Assembly (NCBI GenBank): GCA_946965045.2
Contig: OX337233.1
Span: 2,728,001 to 2,792,000, forward strand
Origin: Epithemia pelagica
Taxonomy: Eukaryota > Protista > Bacillariophyta
Reading direction: 5' to 3'
DNA length: 64,000 bases
The position numbers and the translations under genes are program-made. Of this stretch, positions 12,970-23,047 are shown one piece after another (the stretch's first letter is position 1; each line of letters starts with the position of its first letter). Under the pieces are notes generated by a model. The model did not search any database. It saw only the letters and a list, made by a program, of their open reading frames with translations, and was not told the origin of the DNA.

Positions 12970-13886
12970 GTCAATGTGCTACTCCGAAAAATGGAGTACA
13001 ATGATAAACTACAGAGAGGATACAATACGACCCAGCACCATCCCATATCCCATAATATCGGATATTCGTAATTCGTATTGAAAAAATAATAAAAGTTTGT
13101 TGGACACTACAGAAATGGGGAGAGTACAGCTCCTCTATTCCTCGGAGTACTACCTACGACTAGGTAGCTTGAGTCTCTAGCTAGAGAACTTGGTATAACA
13201 TTCTTCTCTCACGTCATACTCTTGCTAACTTGCAACTTGCAACTTGTATTCATTATTCATGCTTCGACCCTCCCTCCACGCTCCACGCTCTTCATTGAAG
13301 TTTCACCCGCGTGCCTATATGATTTCTTAATAGTATGGTGTTGACTGTAGACAAAGCGTGATTAGGCATCCATTGTCCTCATGTCAAAAGCGTGTGGTCT
13401 TATGGCCAAAGGCCGGTCTTATTAGACTGGGTATTGGTATTAGTTATTAGTGCTATTGGTGTATTCTTGCTTCATATTATTATGATCTTCATATTCGTCT
13501 AAGTTCAGTATGAACGTGATGGGTAGGCCGAAGGCTTTGGGGTCTGGGGTGGAACTTCCCAGAATGACCAGCTGTTCTGTCAGCGGATGCAGAATAGCAG
13601 AAGCAGTACAAATGAGAGAAAAGGAGCGTTGTTGAAACCGTTAAATATAAACAGCTACGAATAGTTTAATGGTGAGTCATGGTATGATTTTGGGGTGCAC
13701 CGTCAACCGCGTAATCTGTGAGTATGCTATTTCCCTAAGCATATCTTTGGTATTAATGTAATACTCCCAACCATCTGTTTATGACTGAAACAGGACTTTT
13801 ACATTGAATGCTTGTTTGGGGCGTTATATTTTCGGTATCGGGCCTGCGTTCTCTCCTGTCACGTTCAGAGTTGTGAAGTACCAAAT

Positions 13887-14226
13887 ATCGAGGTTTTAGA
13901 GGACTTTAGTCCTTTCAAGTACACTAAAGAATTGATTAGTAAGTACTTTTGTACTTAAAATTACTATAAGAATTCAATACACAGCGGAATAATGACTAAA
14001 AAGTACACTATACAATTTAGACTGAAATACTTTAGTAAGAAGAAGTACTCATCCCAACTATCAATCGGATCATTACTCCTTCCAAGGCATCTGCGGTAAT
14101 CAGTAAGTACTTCATTTAGGTACTTAAGTACCTCCACCCAACCGGTATGTACTTTCATTAGGGACTTAAGTACTTCATCACTTTCCAAGAGGTACTTTCG
14201 AAAGTACCCGTCAAATTACACATTCA
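13887..14226. repeat. Subterminal AAGTAC/GTACTT motif cluster of the large hAT (left end)
   Basis: Many AAGTAC/GTACTT copies in both orientations; typical of hAT transposase-binding subterminal repeats. Confidence 0.7.
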
Positions 14227-14228
14227 TA

Positions 14229-16202
14229 CTCCCTCCTGAAAGAAAATAGTGCACGAATTTAGAAAAAAAAACGATATCTCAACGAGCGAACGTCCTTTTT
14301 TCCTAAAATTTTTTTCCCTAGAAAGCTCTACTCATTAGCTCTATATTGGTGTATAACTTATATGTTCGATTCTTGCAAGGGGATGAGATATGACCGTTCA
14401 AAAGGCGCCATTTCGAGCTTTGCTTTTCAGTGCCCACCGGTTGAGACTTCTATGGCGCCTATGAACACGTCCTCTTCAGGGCGGCCCCCCAGGGCATCAA
14501 AGTTTAAGGCTCTGCGTGAAACAGACAAGATTCGTATTGTTTCGATGCTCAATTCCATGGTCAATCAAGGCACCTTTGGCCATGGTTCCATTGCTTTTGT
14601 TGCTCGAGAGATGGGTCTCGGCAGGTCGACCATAAGTAGGGTTTGGAGTGGCGCGCGCGTCACACGTGCCACAGGCATAATTCACTCGCCTGAATTTTCG
14701 AGGAAGTTGAGCGCGCGTGGTCGAAGGCCTAAGTTTTCACCTTCCACGATTAGATCGAGAGTAAAAGCCCTTCCGTTGATGGCACGGACCACAAGGCAAA
14801 ATCTCTCCCTCGCGTTGAAGGTTTTCACACCACGGTGAACTCGTGGGTGAAAAAAGGCATCCTTCGAAGCCACAGAAACATGTTGAAGCCTACGTTGACT
14901 GAACAAAACAAGTTGTCTCGCCTTCTCATGGCAACCTCCTTTATCAAAGAGAAAGAAGGCAAGGAAGGTGAGTATGAGTATGAGGATATGTATGATCTGG
15001 TTCATGTGGACGAGAAGTGGTTCTATCTTTCCCAGGATGGGCAAAGATTTGTGTTGACAGACGATGAAAAAAACCCACATCGCACTGTCAAGCACAAGAG
15101 TCATGTCACCAAGGTGATGTTTCTCTGTGCCGTTGCAAGGCCTCGCTTCATCCCCTATCTAAACAAGTGGTGGGATGGCAAGATTGGTGTCTGGCCCATT
15201 GGTGAGTGGGTTCCTGCAAAAAGAGATTCTGCAAATCGTCGCAAGGGAACTCCTGTGTGGAAAAACACAAGCATTACAAGAGATGTCTACAGAGCTCTAC
15301 TGGTTGAAAAGGTGTTGCCAGGCATTATAGAGAAATGGCCAGTCGAGGACAGGAAGGAAAGGGTGGTAAGGATCCAACAGGATGGTGCAAAATCTCACAT
15401 CTCTGACGACGACCCTGAGTTTCTTGAGTTCCTAAAAGATCTGAAGAATGAAGGTCAGTTGGATGCCAGTCTGTACACTCAGTCTCCCAATAGTCCAGAT
15501 ACCAATATCTGTGACTTGGGGTTCTTCAGGGCCATTCAGAGTGCAAGTTTGATTGTTGGATCGTGCGAAAAGGCTTTGATTGACTCTGTGACAAAGGCTT
15601 TTGCTGAGTATCCTAGAGAAAAACTGAACAGGACCTGGTTGACACTGCAATCCTGTTTCAACAGGATTATTGAAGAAGATGGTGGGAATGACTACCAGAT
15701 CCCCCACCTGAACAAGGAGGGTCTGGAGCGCAAAGGTCAGCTCCCTACTGTCTTGGATGTCACAAAGGCATTCGACCCAAACAACAATTTGCATGTAATG
15801 GAATAGGAACACTAATGCCTAATCCTACTAAATGAATACCTGGCCGACCTCCACTTGATTCAGGAGGCGGCCAGGGGCTACGGCCAATGATTGTCATCAT
15901 AGGACCCTTAATGGATTATTTGTTGTTATGGTTGTGTTGCTCTTGTTGTGTTTTCTCGTGTGGTTGGAAGGAGACGAATGAGTTTTTCTCGCGTTAGGAC
16001 ACGCCGGGTTGTAGGAACTGAAGCCATGGATCAACCCGGGGGGCACGTGTCACTGGTTTATGTTCATCTACGAAATCAGGGTGGAGTTCGACTCCGAATG
16101 AGCCAGCCGTCCTCCTGTAGGTTTGTACCAGAGCCTACGAGAGTTTTTAACGCGACTAAAATAACCAAAAAAAATCGTGCACTATTTTCTTTCAGGAGGG
16201 AG
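14229..16202 (+). mobile_element. Tc1/mariner element of plant-mariner (Stowaway-type TIR) lineage, nested in the hAT
   Basis: Perfect 28-bp TIR CTCCCTCCTGAAAGAAAATAGTGCACGA; TA TSD at 14227-14228 and 16203-16204. Confidence 0.92.
14362..15806 (+). pseudogene. Mariner transposase (DD43D) with one frameshift near 14820-14835
   Basis: N-terminal HTH-like region (VAREMGLGRSTISRVW) in the first ORF; catalytic motifs VHVDEKWF, IQQDGAKSH and SPNSPDTNICDLGFF in the second ORF. The two frames overlap at 14835-14838. Confidence 0.88.
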
Positions 16203-16403
16203 TAGGTAATTTAGCTCTCCTTTCCTTATGTACTTTAGCACTTAATTCACGTAGTCAGCAGTCTAAACTACACGATACTTAGTAACTCTCAGTAACACAT
16301 ACCACAGACCACAGAGCACAAAGTCTTGCTGCTGTATCCTCGATCCTCGCACATCTTCACCGCCTTTTGCACCTCTGACCTTTGATGTCTAATACCCAAA
16401 CAA

Positions 16404-18176
16404 ATGGATGACTATGTTGAACGCAATTGCATCCGTTTCGAATCGAAAGGCTTCCCAATTTACTGTCTACATTCCAATGAGGCCTTTTTTTCCTTCATGT
16501 ACGACTTCATGAGAACCACTCAACACGCTTCCATGACGTCGAATGCTCTACGATGTGCCGTCCAAAGCCAAACCATCGCATGGCTCCTTCGCAACAACCG
16601 ACATATCCAATTCCAAGAAAAGAATACATGGCAATCTCGTACACACACATGCCGGATTTCGGAGTTCATTTTCTTCGAACGAGTTCAGCTGATTGTTGGG
16701 ATTATTATACGGACCCTCAAGGATGGATATTCCCCTCACCAATCCATCGATTCCTACCAACACTTCTTTGTTCCAGACGAACCTTTCTTCTCCAATCGAC
16801 TGATTCTTTCAATTTCTTGTCGTCCAAACATTACCGTAGTGAAGAACCAACACTATTGGGACTGCCTTCAATTTACCTACGGAAAAAAACCAAGCACACC
16901 ACGCCCCCCTTCCAAGGCTCATTCGATTGTATCATCCTGGTTCTTCCGTACCGGTGTATCTATTGTCTGTAAACAAGTCCCGCAGGAAATGATCGTCGAT
17001 TACTACGTCGAAGATTCAAAGGACAAGTCTACCGATTCAGAATTCTGTTTCCCTCTGTCCCTGAACCTTTATGTTTCTAAATTGGTGGCATCATTTTTGA
17101 CCGAACGTATATCTCCCAAATCACAGGACAATTCACAACCATTGGACCACACAATCCCATACAACAATTATACGGATGACGATAACAGAACCAAACAAAC
17201 GAGTCGGAAATCACGTCAAAGAAAACAACAATATCCCAAAAAGTTGTCGGTTCAGTATTCCACACACTTGTATTCAACACGATACCGCAACGCAATCATT
17301 TCCAAATTCTTGCAATCTACTTTGCATTCTAAACAAGAAATTCAATATCCGGACAGACGACATCAACCGGGAGACCCTCCAAACCTAACAACACCCGCTC
17401 GATGCTCACTTCGTATTACTCTTGTGGAAGAAACCGTTCGACAACAACGCATTTCGGAATTGTCCCAAATGATGTCTTTTCATGCTGAGCTTAAAGAGAA
17501 AGGAATATTTGCTCCACGTGATAAGTGGACTGCTTGGCTCCAATTCACTGATGACCCTACTGCTGATCGGCCTTTCATGATATTAATCACAATCTGCATG
17601 AGCTCTAGCACGTCTGATTCCCAACTGAGCTCTATAATCCCACGCTTGTTTGCCTGTGGCCTCACTTTGGCAAATGCAGTAATCGACATTGCCCAACAAT
17701 TTGGCATGAATGCTTTTTGTAGCCTTCTTTTGGAATCAGGACTGTATTACAACAACACAGAGCGGATTGTCAACGCTGCAGATTATTTTTGTCAGTACCA
17801 TGGTGGTAAAATACCTGAAGACATAACAATCTATGAGCTTACAACACTACATGGAATTGGATATAAAACTGCATGCATCGTCATCGAAGAAGCATTTCAC
17901 CGAGTTGATGGCATACCTGCGGATATTCACGTGATCCGGTGGGCCGATCATCTCTCTTGGACTCCCAACGGCATTGTTGGTATTGCCTGTTCCAAAGTGT
18001 TGGAATCATGGTTGCCCCAAGACAAGTGGTACGCAATAAACCCCCTATTTGGTGCATTCGGTCAACATTGCAGTACCATAGACTCAAAATCAAAAATTGT
18101 AGCAGCATTGACAAAGACTGACCGAGTCAGCGACCCTGTCAGAAAGAAGTTAATGACAATGATTCACAAATATTAA
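16404..18176 (+). CDS. 590-aa protein: uncharacterised N-terminal region plus C-terminal Endonuclease III/Nth-like HhH-GPD DNA glycosylase domain
   Basis: PFMILITICMSSSTSD (cf. PFELLIAVLLSAQATD of EndoIII), HhH motif LTTLHGIGYKTA (Lys488) and GIPADIHVIRW (Asp507). No C-x6-C-x2-C-x5-C Fe-S motif follows. The ORF is uninterrupted. Confidence 0.85.
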   Translation: MDDYVERNCIRFESKGFPIYCLHSNEAFFSFMYDFMRTTQHASMTSNALRCAVQSQTIAWLLRNNRHIQFQEKNTWQSRTHTCRISEFIFFERVQLIVGIIIRTLKDGYSPHQSIDSYQHFFVPDEPFFSNRLILSISCRPNITVVKNQHYWDCLQFTYGKKPSTPRPPSKAHSIVSSWFFRTGVSIVCKQVPQEMIVDYYVEDSKDKSTDSEFCFPLSLNLYVSKLVASFLTERISPKSQDNSQPLDHTIPYNNYTDDDNRTKQTSRKSRQRKQQYPKKLSVQYSTHLYSTRYRNAIISKFLQSTLHSKQEIQYPDRRHQPGDPPNLTTPARCSLRITLVEETVRQQRISELSQMMSFHAELKEKGIFAPRDKWTAWLQFTDDPTADRPFMILITICMSSSTSDSQLSSIIPRLFACGLTLANAVIDIAQQFGMNAFCSLLLESGLYYNNTERIVNAADYFCQYHGGKIPEDITIYELTTLHGIGYKTACIVIEEAFHRVDGIPADIHVIRWADHLSWTPNGIVGIACSKVLESWLPQDKWYAINPLFGAFGQHCSTIDSKSKIVAALTKTDRVSDPVRKKLMTMIHKY

Positions 18177-18264
18177 TCGCTCTCCTAGTTTGTTACCTAA
18201 TTTCATCTTTGTCATCACTCATTTCTCTTCATTCATTCATTCTTTGCTTGCATACTACTCATCA

Positions 18265-21200
18265 CTATTCATCATTCTCCTCGTCGTTCTCATCGTTGTT
18301 CTCCTCGTCATTCTCGTTCTCCTTCCTCTCGTCTTCATCTTTGTAGTCGTCATCATCCTCATTCGCATCACTATCCACGAATGTATCGTCGTTGTCCATA
18401 CTATCCACTTGCTCACTAATCTCATCCTCGCCCTGGTCTTCTTCTTTGTCGTCCTTCTTTCCCATGATGCTCTTCTTCCTGCTTTGTGCCCTTGCCATAC
18501 CAGCCATAGTATCGCTAGTTTGTTGCTTCGATGCCGCATCCTTCTTATGCCGGGGAGAGACGCGTACTGGTTCCGTTGGTTTTTTCCGTTTTGGTGTATT
18601 TGGTTTTGGCTTCTTACCAATGGACAATTTAGATTTTTTCTTGCCACTACCACTGCTGGGATTGGGTGGGCACTTTCTCTTGCGCCTTTTACTCGAGCTC
18701 AACTTCTGATTGGTCTTTCTCTTTGTTGGTGGAGTGACAACAAGTACATCGTTGGCATCGTCATCTTCAGCAGGAGCATCACCTGGAGCCAGCATGTCTT
18801 CTTCAACCACTGTATCTTTCTCATTATTCTTCCTATCACTCTCATTCAGGTCCACCAATCCTGTTCCATCCTCGAAGTTTACCTCAAAGTCATCTTGGAC
18901 ATCGACTAGTCCATCATCATCGTCATTGTTGTCCATCCATTCATCATCTAGTAGACGGTTGATGATTTCATCACTGTCTTCGTCTGGTTCTTCTGGTGGC
19001 GGAACAGATGCATCAACCGAATCGTCATCGTAACGATCATCAATGGTGACATAGACAATTCGGTTTGCATTGGCTGGAGTTGTGTCTTCTCCGTGTGTCG
19101 TTAGGGTATAGGGACTGACTTTCTTGTTCGCCTTTCGTCCTTTGGCGCTATTGCCAACAGATCCTGAGCTATTGTCTTTGTTATTGGCAGTCGGGTCAAT
19201 CTTTGCCGGTGGTTTTGTGTCCATAGAGTCATTATCCAATGGCGCATCGGGTGGTGTTTTTGTACCACCTGCACTCTTTCTACCTTGCAGGCTGTCTTCA
19301 CTTGGTATTTTGGCACCTTCTACTGGATAGAACGACATTGTTACGGCGGGGTCCTTGATTACGTCTTTAGTAATGTCTCGAGTGTTGAAGTACCTCCGTA
19401 ACGAAGACGTGGAGTCCCTCATTCCTGACACAGCAAACTTGTTATCTTGCTCTTTCAAACTCTCTTCAATAGCCGCGCTAATTGCCATGTCATCAGGATC
19501 TATTTCTCGCTTATCGTATGATTTCGTGGTACCCTTTCCTGCCTTGATGTCCTTTTCGTTACTTTCGATTTCAGCCACTAGCTGTCGTGTTATACGCTCC
19601 ATTGTGCGCATTTCATTTGTCTTCCTGTCCAAATTCGACATTAGCTTGTTCTGCAGCATCCAACTGCCAATCGAGAAAATTCGTTCTTGGAACGCATTAG
19701 TTGCCGGTTTAGCCAACCACACGATAGCGGATGGAAACACGTAGGACCAGTTACTTGAGTGTTTACGCCACCATCCCATTAAGTCAAAGAACCGACCCAC
19801 TTCCAAATAGTTCCGACTGTGACAATGTCGGGCAAACATCTGCTTCTGAGCATCGTCCCATTTCGGCCATTCCTTGGTGTAAGCCTCTGTTGGATATTGT
19901 TTGATAATATCCGCCCAATTGAAGTCAATTTGTGACTCGCAATGGCGGAGAAAGTCGTCATAGCACTCTGTGCATGCCTTTTTGAGTGCTTGTTGTACAA
20001 CTTGCTCTTCGGCGGCCTTGGACGCTTTTCCAGTTATATTCAGTAGTGCCTGTTTTCTCAGGTCACTTGCTTGGCGCATTCTTTCAAACACATCCATAGA
20101 CTTGTATTTGAGAGTGGCTCTATTTGGCTCGACGACCAATTCCGACGAGGAGTCAGATGTTTTCTTGTTTTGAGACGTCATCGCAGCTCCAATAGCCGAG
20201 ACCCGATGGTTAGTGAAGCGGTCTATCATATCGTTGATAATGATAGTGCGACCTTCCTTCACGTTGTCTTGATCGTATACACCGAAATTTACAAACATGT
20301 CGGCATAAACATTTGCCAAAAGGGGATTGCATCCAACGGCTTTTAAAGCGTCCGGATCCCGATTGTACAGATAGTAGCGAAACTCTTGGATGATTCGTCT
20401 CACCAACAATCTGGGCCCAGGATAGAGATCTTTGTATGGAATGGCTCTACGTGCCTCATCCAAGTCGTCAATACTTTTTCTAGCGTCCCAATACTTTTGA
20501 GGTTTATTGGGTCGCAACAAACACCCAACACCACAGTCGGGACCTTCCATTCTCATTCTTTGAGCATGGTAGAAGGAAGTGTAAATTTCCAGAAGAGAGG
20601 CGGAGTTGGAACCAGGGTCATCGGTCTGCAATTTCATGGCGACCATCTTTATGTTGGTTAGGATGCCTTCGTATTGCGCGAGCTGCAACCATTCGTCCTC
20701 TGAGGGATACCGCTTCTTAAAATTGGGGTCGCTTAGAGTGGCTGTCTTACAATATTCATCCATGCAGGGCTTATCGCGAAACAAATTGTGAATTGACAGA
20801 ACAAGGCCCCCAACCCGGGTGTCATTTGGCAAGGGGATCAGGACAATTTTGCCACCAAATTTCTTGACTCCGTCCTTCAATCGTTCCCACCGGTGTGGTG
20901 CCTTGCTGGAGGTCAACCAGCTCGCAAATTTCTTGAAAATACTCCATAGATCACAAAAAGAGTCGTTGGAATCTATCAAAATGCGATTTTGGTAGCGTTG
21001 TACCAAGCCAGTAGCGTGTTTTAACACGAGCTCGGCCTTGTGCATATCGCACTTGCCAGTTTTGTCGGGATTGCCAATGATATACTTACCCGCCAAAACG
21101 GCAGATGAAGTATTATCGTTGACAGCGGCACATAGGTCAGCAGTGGAAAGACCGACACTCAGTAGAAGGGAGTCGGTCAAATTGGCCACGTCGGTGGCAG

Positions 21201-22362
21201 CATGCCCGTGACACTCTGCCAACCCAATTGGGATTTTATATACCACGCAATTTCTCGGGTCGGTAAACATGATGGTGACACCGAGAACGTCATGGTTCTT
21301 TGCTTGCCATATATCGTGACAGCAGGTCACGAATGGTACAGATTGCGCACACAGACGCTTGTATTCATCACGGCTCTTGCGTATAAGATGGCCGACCGTG
21401 ATAAAGAATTGTTTGTACGAGGAGATTCGTACTTTCGTAATCTGACGTCGGCTCATAATCTCAGCACGGCTATCCTTGAGTGCTGTCGCGTTTTTGATGG
21501 CGTATTGTATGAGTTTGCAAAATTGTGGTTTCTCAACTGTCACTGCGGGTAAGCAACAGTCGTTCACAAAACGGTATATCAAGGTCTGCAGCTGAGACTT
21601 GGCTTCAGATTTCGTTGTATTCTGGCGGAAAGTCGACAGCGTCGATTGTTTGTCAGAAGTTTTCTTGTTGTTCTTAATTTCTTCATCCAATCCTTTGTGG
21701 TGCTTCAGAACATGTTGGTCAACGTTCGAAGGTTTGTAATGACTGCATAAGATGATGCATTCATTCAATGGTTTTGAACCAGTGTTGAAACAGAGTGGAC
21801 AGATAACGGCTGTCTTGCAAATAAGAGAGTATCGTTCTTTTGCAACTATGGGTTTTCGTTTTTCCGTGGTGTTCATGAAGGAGTCTTCTCCAATCTTCAC
21901 TAAGTCCTCAAAAGCGACAACCAGCTTGTCGAAACCATCGCGAGCGCCAGGAAGGTCTTCGAGTGTTCCTTTCTCTTGTTGTTCAACCAAAAACAACTCG
22001 AATTTCAACCAGTCAACGTGAGTCACCCATTTCCAATATGGGGAGGTGTTTCTGCCGTAGCTTATTAAGGGCGTAAACTTGCCATCAATGAGTGGGATGA
22101 GATTCTTTTCTTCTTGGTGAAATTGTTCCGTAGTCTGGGCAACTTGAGCAAAGTCAGCATCGACTGCTTTCTTTTTCTTCTCCAAAGCCGATGGTTTCCT
22201 GACCAGTTGAGGAGACTTCTTCTTTGTTTTCGATCCAGGATTCTTCTTTTTCACCGTTTTCTTGGCAGTGGGTAGATGCTCTTCGTCAACTTGGTCCTTC
22301 TGTTCCACTATTTCGTCATGAGGACCAGGATCTGGGGCTGCTGCTTCGTCGTCGTCAGACAT
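18265..22362 (-). CDS. hAT-superfamily transposase (~1365 aa), intact
   Basis: BED-like elements (YWKWV...CPLCF...HVLKHH), D1 CHDIWQ, D2 AVNDNTS, CxxH motif CDMH, NDTR, WWRKH and catalytic E in PATNAFQERIFS. Long acidic/basic C-tail. No stops. Confidence 0.9.
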   Translation of the reverse strand: MSDDDEAAAPDPGPHDEIVEQKDQVDEEHLPTAKKTVKKKNPGSKTKKKSPQLVRKPSALEKKKKAVDADFAQVAQTTEQFHQEEKNLIPLIDGKFTPLISYGRNTSPYWKWVTHVDWLKFELFLVEQQEKGTLEDLPGARDGFDKLVVAFEDLVKIGEDSFMNTTEKRKPIVAKERYSLICKTAVICPLCFNTGSKPLNECIILCSHYKPSNVDQHVLKHHKGLDEEIKNNKKTSDKQSTLSTFRQNTTKSEAKSQLQTLIYRFVNDCCLPAVTVEKPQFCKLIQYAIKNATALKDSRAEIMSRRQITKVRISSYKQFFITVGHLIRKSRDEYKRLCAQSVPFVTCCHDIWQAKNHDVLGVTIMFTDPRNCVVYKIPIGLAECHGHAATDVANLTDSLLLSVGLSTADLCAAVNDNTSSAVLAGKYIIGNPDKTGKCDMHKAELVLKHATGLVQRYQNRILIDSNDSFCDLWSIFKKFASWLTSSKAPHRWERLKDGVKKFGGKIVLIPLPNDTRVGGLVLSIHNLFRDKPCMDEYCKTATLSDPNFKKRYPSEDEWLQLAQYEGILTNIKMVAMKLQTDDPGSNSASLLEIYTSFYHAQRMRMEGPDCGVGCLLRPNKPQKYWDARKSIDDLDEARRAIPYKDLYPGPRLLVRRIIQEFRYYLYNRDPDALKAVGCNPLLANVYADMFVNFGVYDQDNVKEGRTIIINDMIDRFTNHRVSAIGAAMTSQNKKTSDSSSELVVEPNRATLKYKSMDVFERMRQASDLRKQALLNITGKASKAAEEQVVQQALKKACTECYDDFLRHCESQIDFNWADIIKQYPTEAYTKEWPKWDDAQKQMFARHCHSRNYLEVGRFFDLMGWWRKHSSNWSYVFPSAIVWLAKPATNAFQERIFSIGSWMLQNKLMSNLDRKTNEMRTMERITRQLVAEIESNEKDIKAGKGTTKSYDKREIDPDDMAISAAIEESLKEQDNKFAVSGMRDSTSSLRRYFNTRDITKDVIKDPAVTMSFYPVEGAKIPSEDSLQGRKSAGGTKTPPDAPLDNDSMDTKPPAKIDPTANNKDNSSGSVGNSAKGRKANKKVSPYTLTTHGEDTTPANANRIVYVTIDDRYDDDSVDASVPPPEEPDEDSDEIINRLLDDEWMDNNDDDDGLVDVQDDFEVNFEDGTGLVDLNESDRKNNEKDTVVEEDMLAPGDAPAEDDDANDVLVVTPPTKRKTNQKLSSSKRRKRKCPPNPSSGSGKKKSKLSIGKKPKPNTPKRKKPTEPVRVSPRHKKDAASKQQTSDTMAGMARAQSRKKSIMGKKDDKEEDQGEDEISEQVDSMDNDDTFVDSDANEDDDDYKDEDERKENENDEENNDENDEENDE

Positions 22363-22569
22363 TGAGTTCTTAAGCAAGCTGGGATGGGAACAATGAAGAT
22401 TGGGAAGTGGACACTGTGGAAGATCAGTTGGAAACACATTCACGAGTGTGTTTTTGAGGTAGCACAAAGCAGAGGTGCAGATGATCGATGACCCTCAGGC
22501 CTCATATCTCATCTGTTATCTCATCGTTTGTATGTGATCATTTGGAATATTGGAGATGTCAATGAATGG

Positions 22570-22926
22570 TTGGGGAATGAGAAGTACCTATTGGGTGAGA
22601 TGAGGAGTGATTTTGTACTTATTGGGCGATAAGGAGATGTAATGTGGATGGACTTCGGTAATTAAAGTACGGGTCATGTGACTCTGGGAAGGGACTTGGA
22701 TACATGAAGTACCGTCGTGGATTGGGGGGGGAAGGACTTTGGGACATAAAAGTACATGGAAATTGGGGGGTAGGTGTAATTTGGTAATTTAAATGAGATA
22801 ATTGGAAAAGGGGGTGTGGGACTTTCGTACTTTGGGCTAATATCAATGATTGTGAAAGGTGTACTTGGACTTTGAAAAATTACCGTAAAGGAAAGTACAA
22901 AATGATATAATTTGGTGAAATTGGTA
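22570..22926. repeat. Subterminal AAGTAC/GTACTT motif cluster of the large hAT (right end)
   Basis: Repeated AAGTAC/GTACTT and TTGGTAATT motifs, mirroring the left end. Confidence 0.7.
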
Positions 22927-23047
22927 ATTTGGTACTTCACAACTCTGGTCACGTTCGTGGAGAGTGCTCTGTGCCATGCTTCCCATAACCATTCGTTGTC
23001 AGGTGGAAGCAGAACGAACATGGGGAGTGGGGAGTGGGGAGTTCATG

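Larger units (their letters stand above)
13866..22947 (-). mobile_element. Autonomous-type hAT DNA transposon carrying an Endonuclease III-like glycosylase gene (contains a nested mariner)
   Basis: Perfect 21-bp TIR CAGAGTTGTGAAGTACCAAAT (13866-13886, 22927-22947). Perfect 8-bp TSD GTCACGTT (13858-13865, 22948-22955). AAGTAC/GTACTT subterminal motifs at both ends. Two long convergent ORFs inside. Confidence 0.92.

Noticed and set aside
16404-18176. Calling the cargo a DEMETER/ROS1 orthologue
   Set aside because: It lacks the Fe-S cluster motif and the C-terminal permuted-CXXC/RRM-like domains. Only generic Nth-like HhH-GPD membership is supported, and the substrate is unknown.
18190-18909. 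239-aa hydrophobic ORF on the + strand
   Set aside because: It is the antisense shadow of the acidic/basic low-complexity tail of the hAT transposase.
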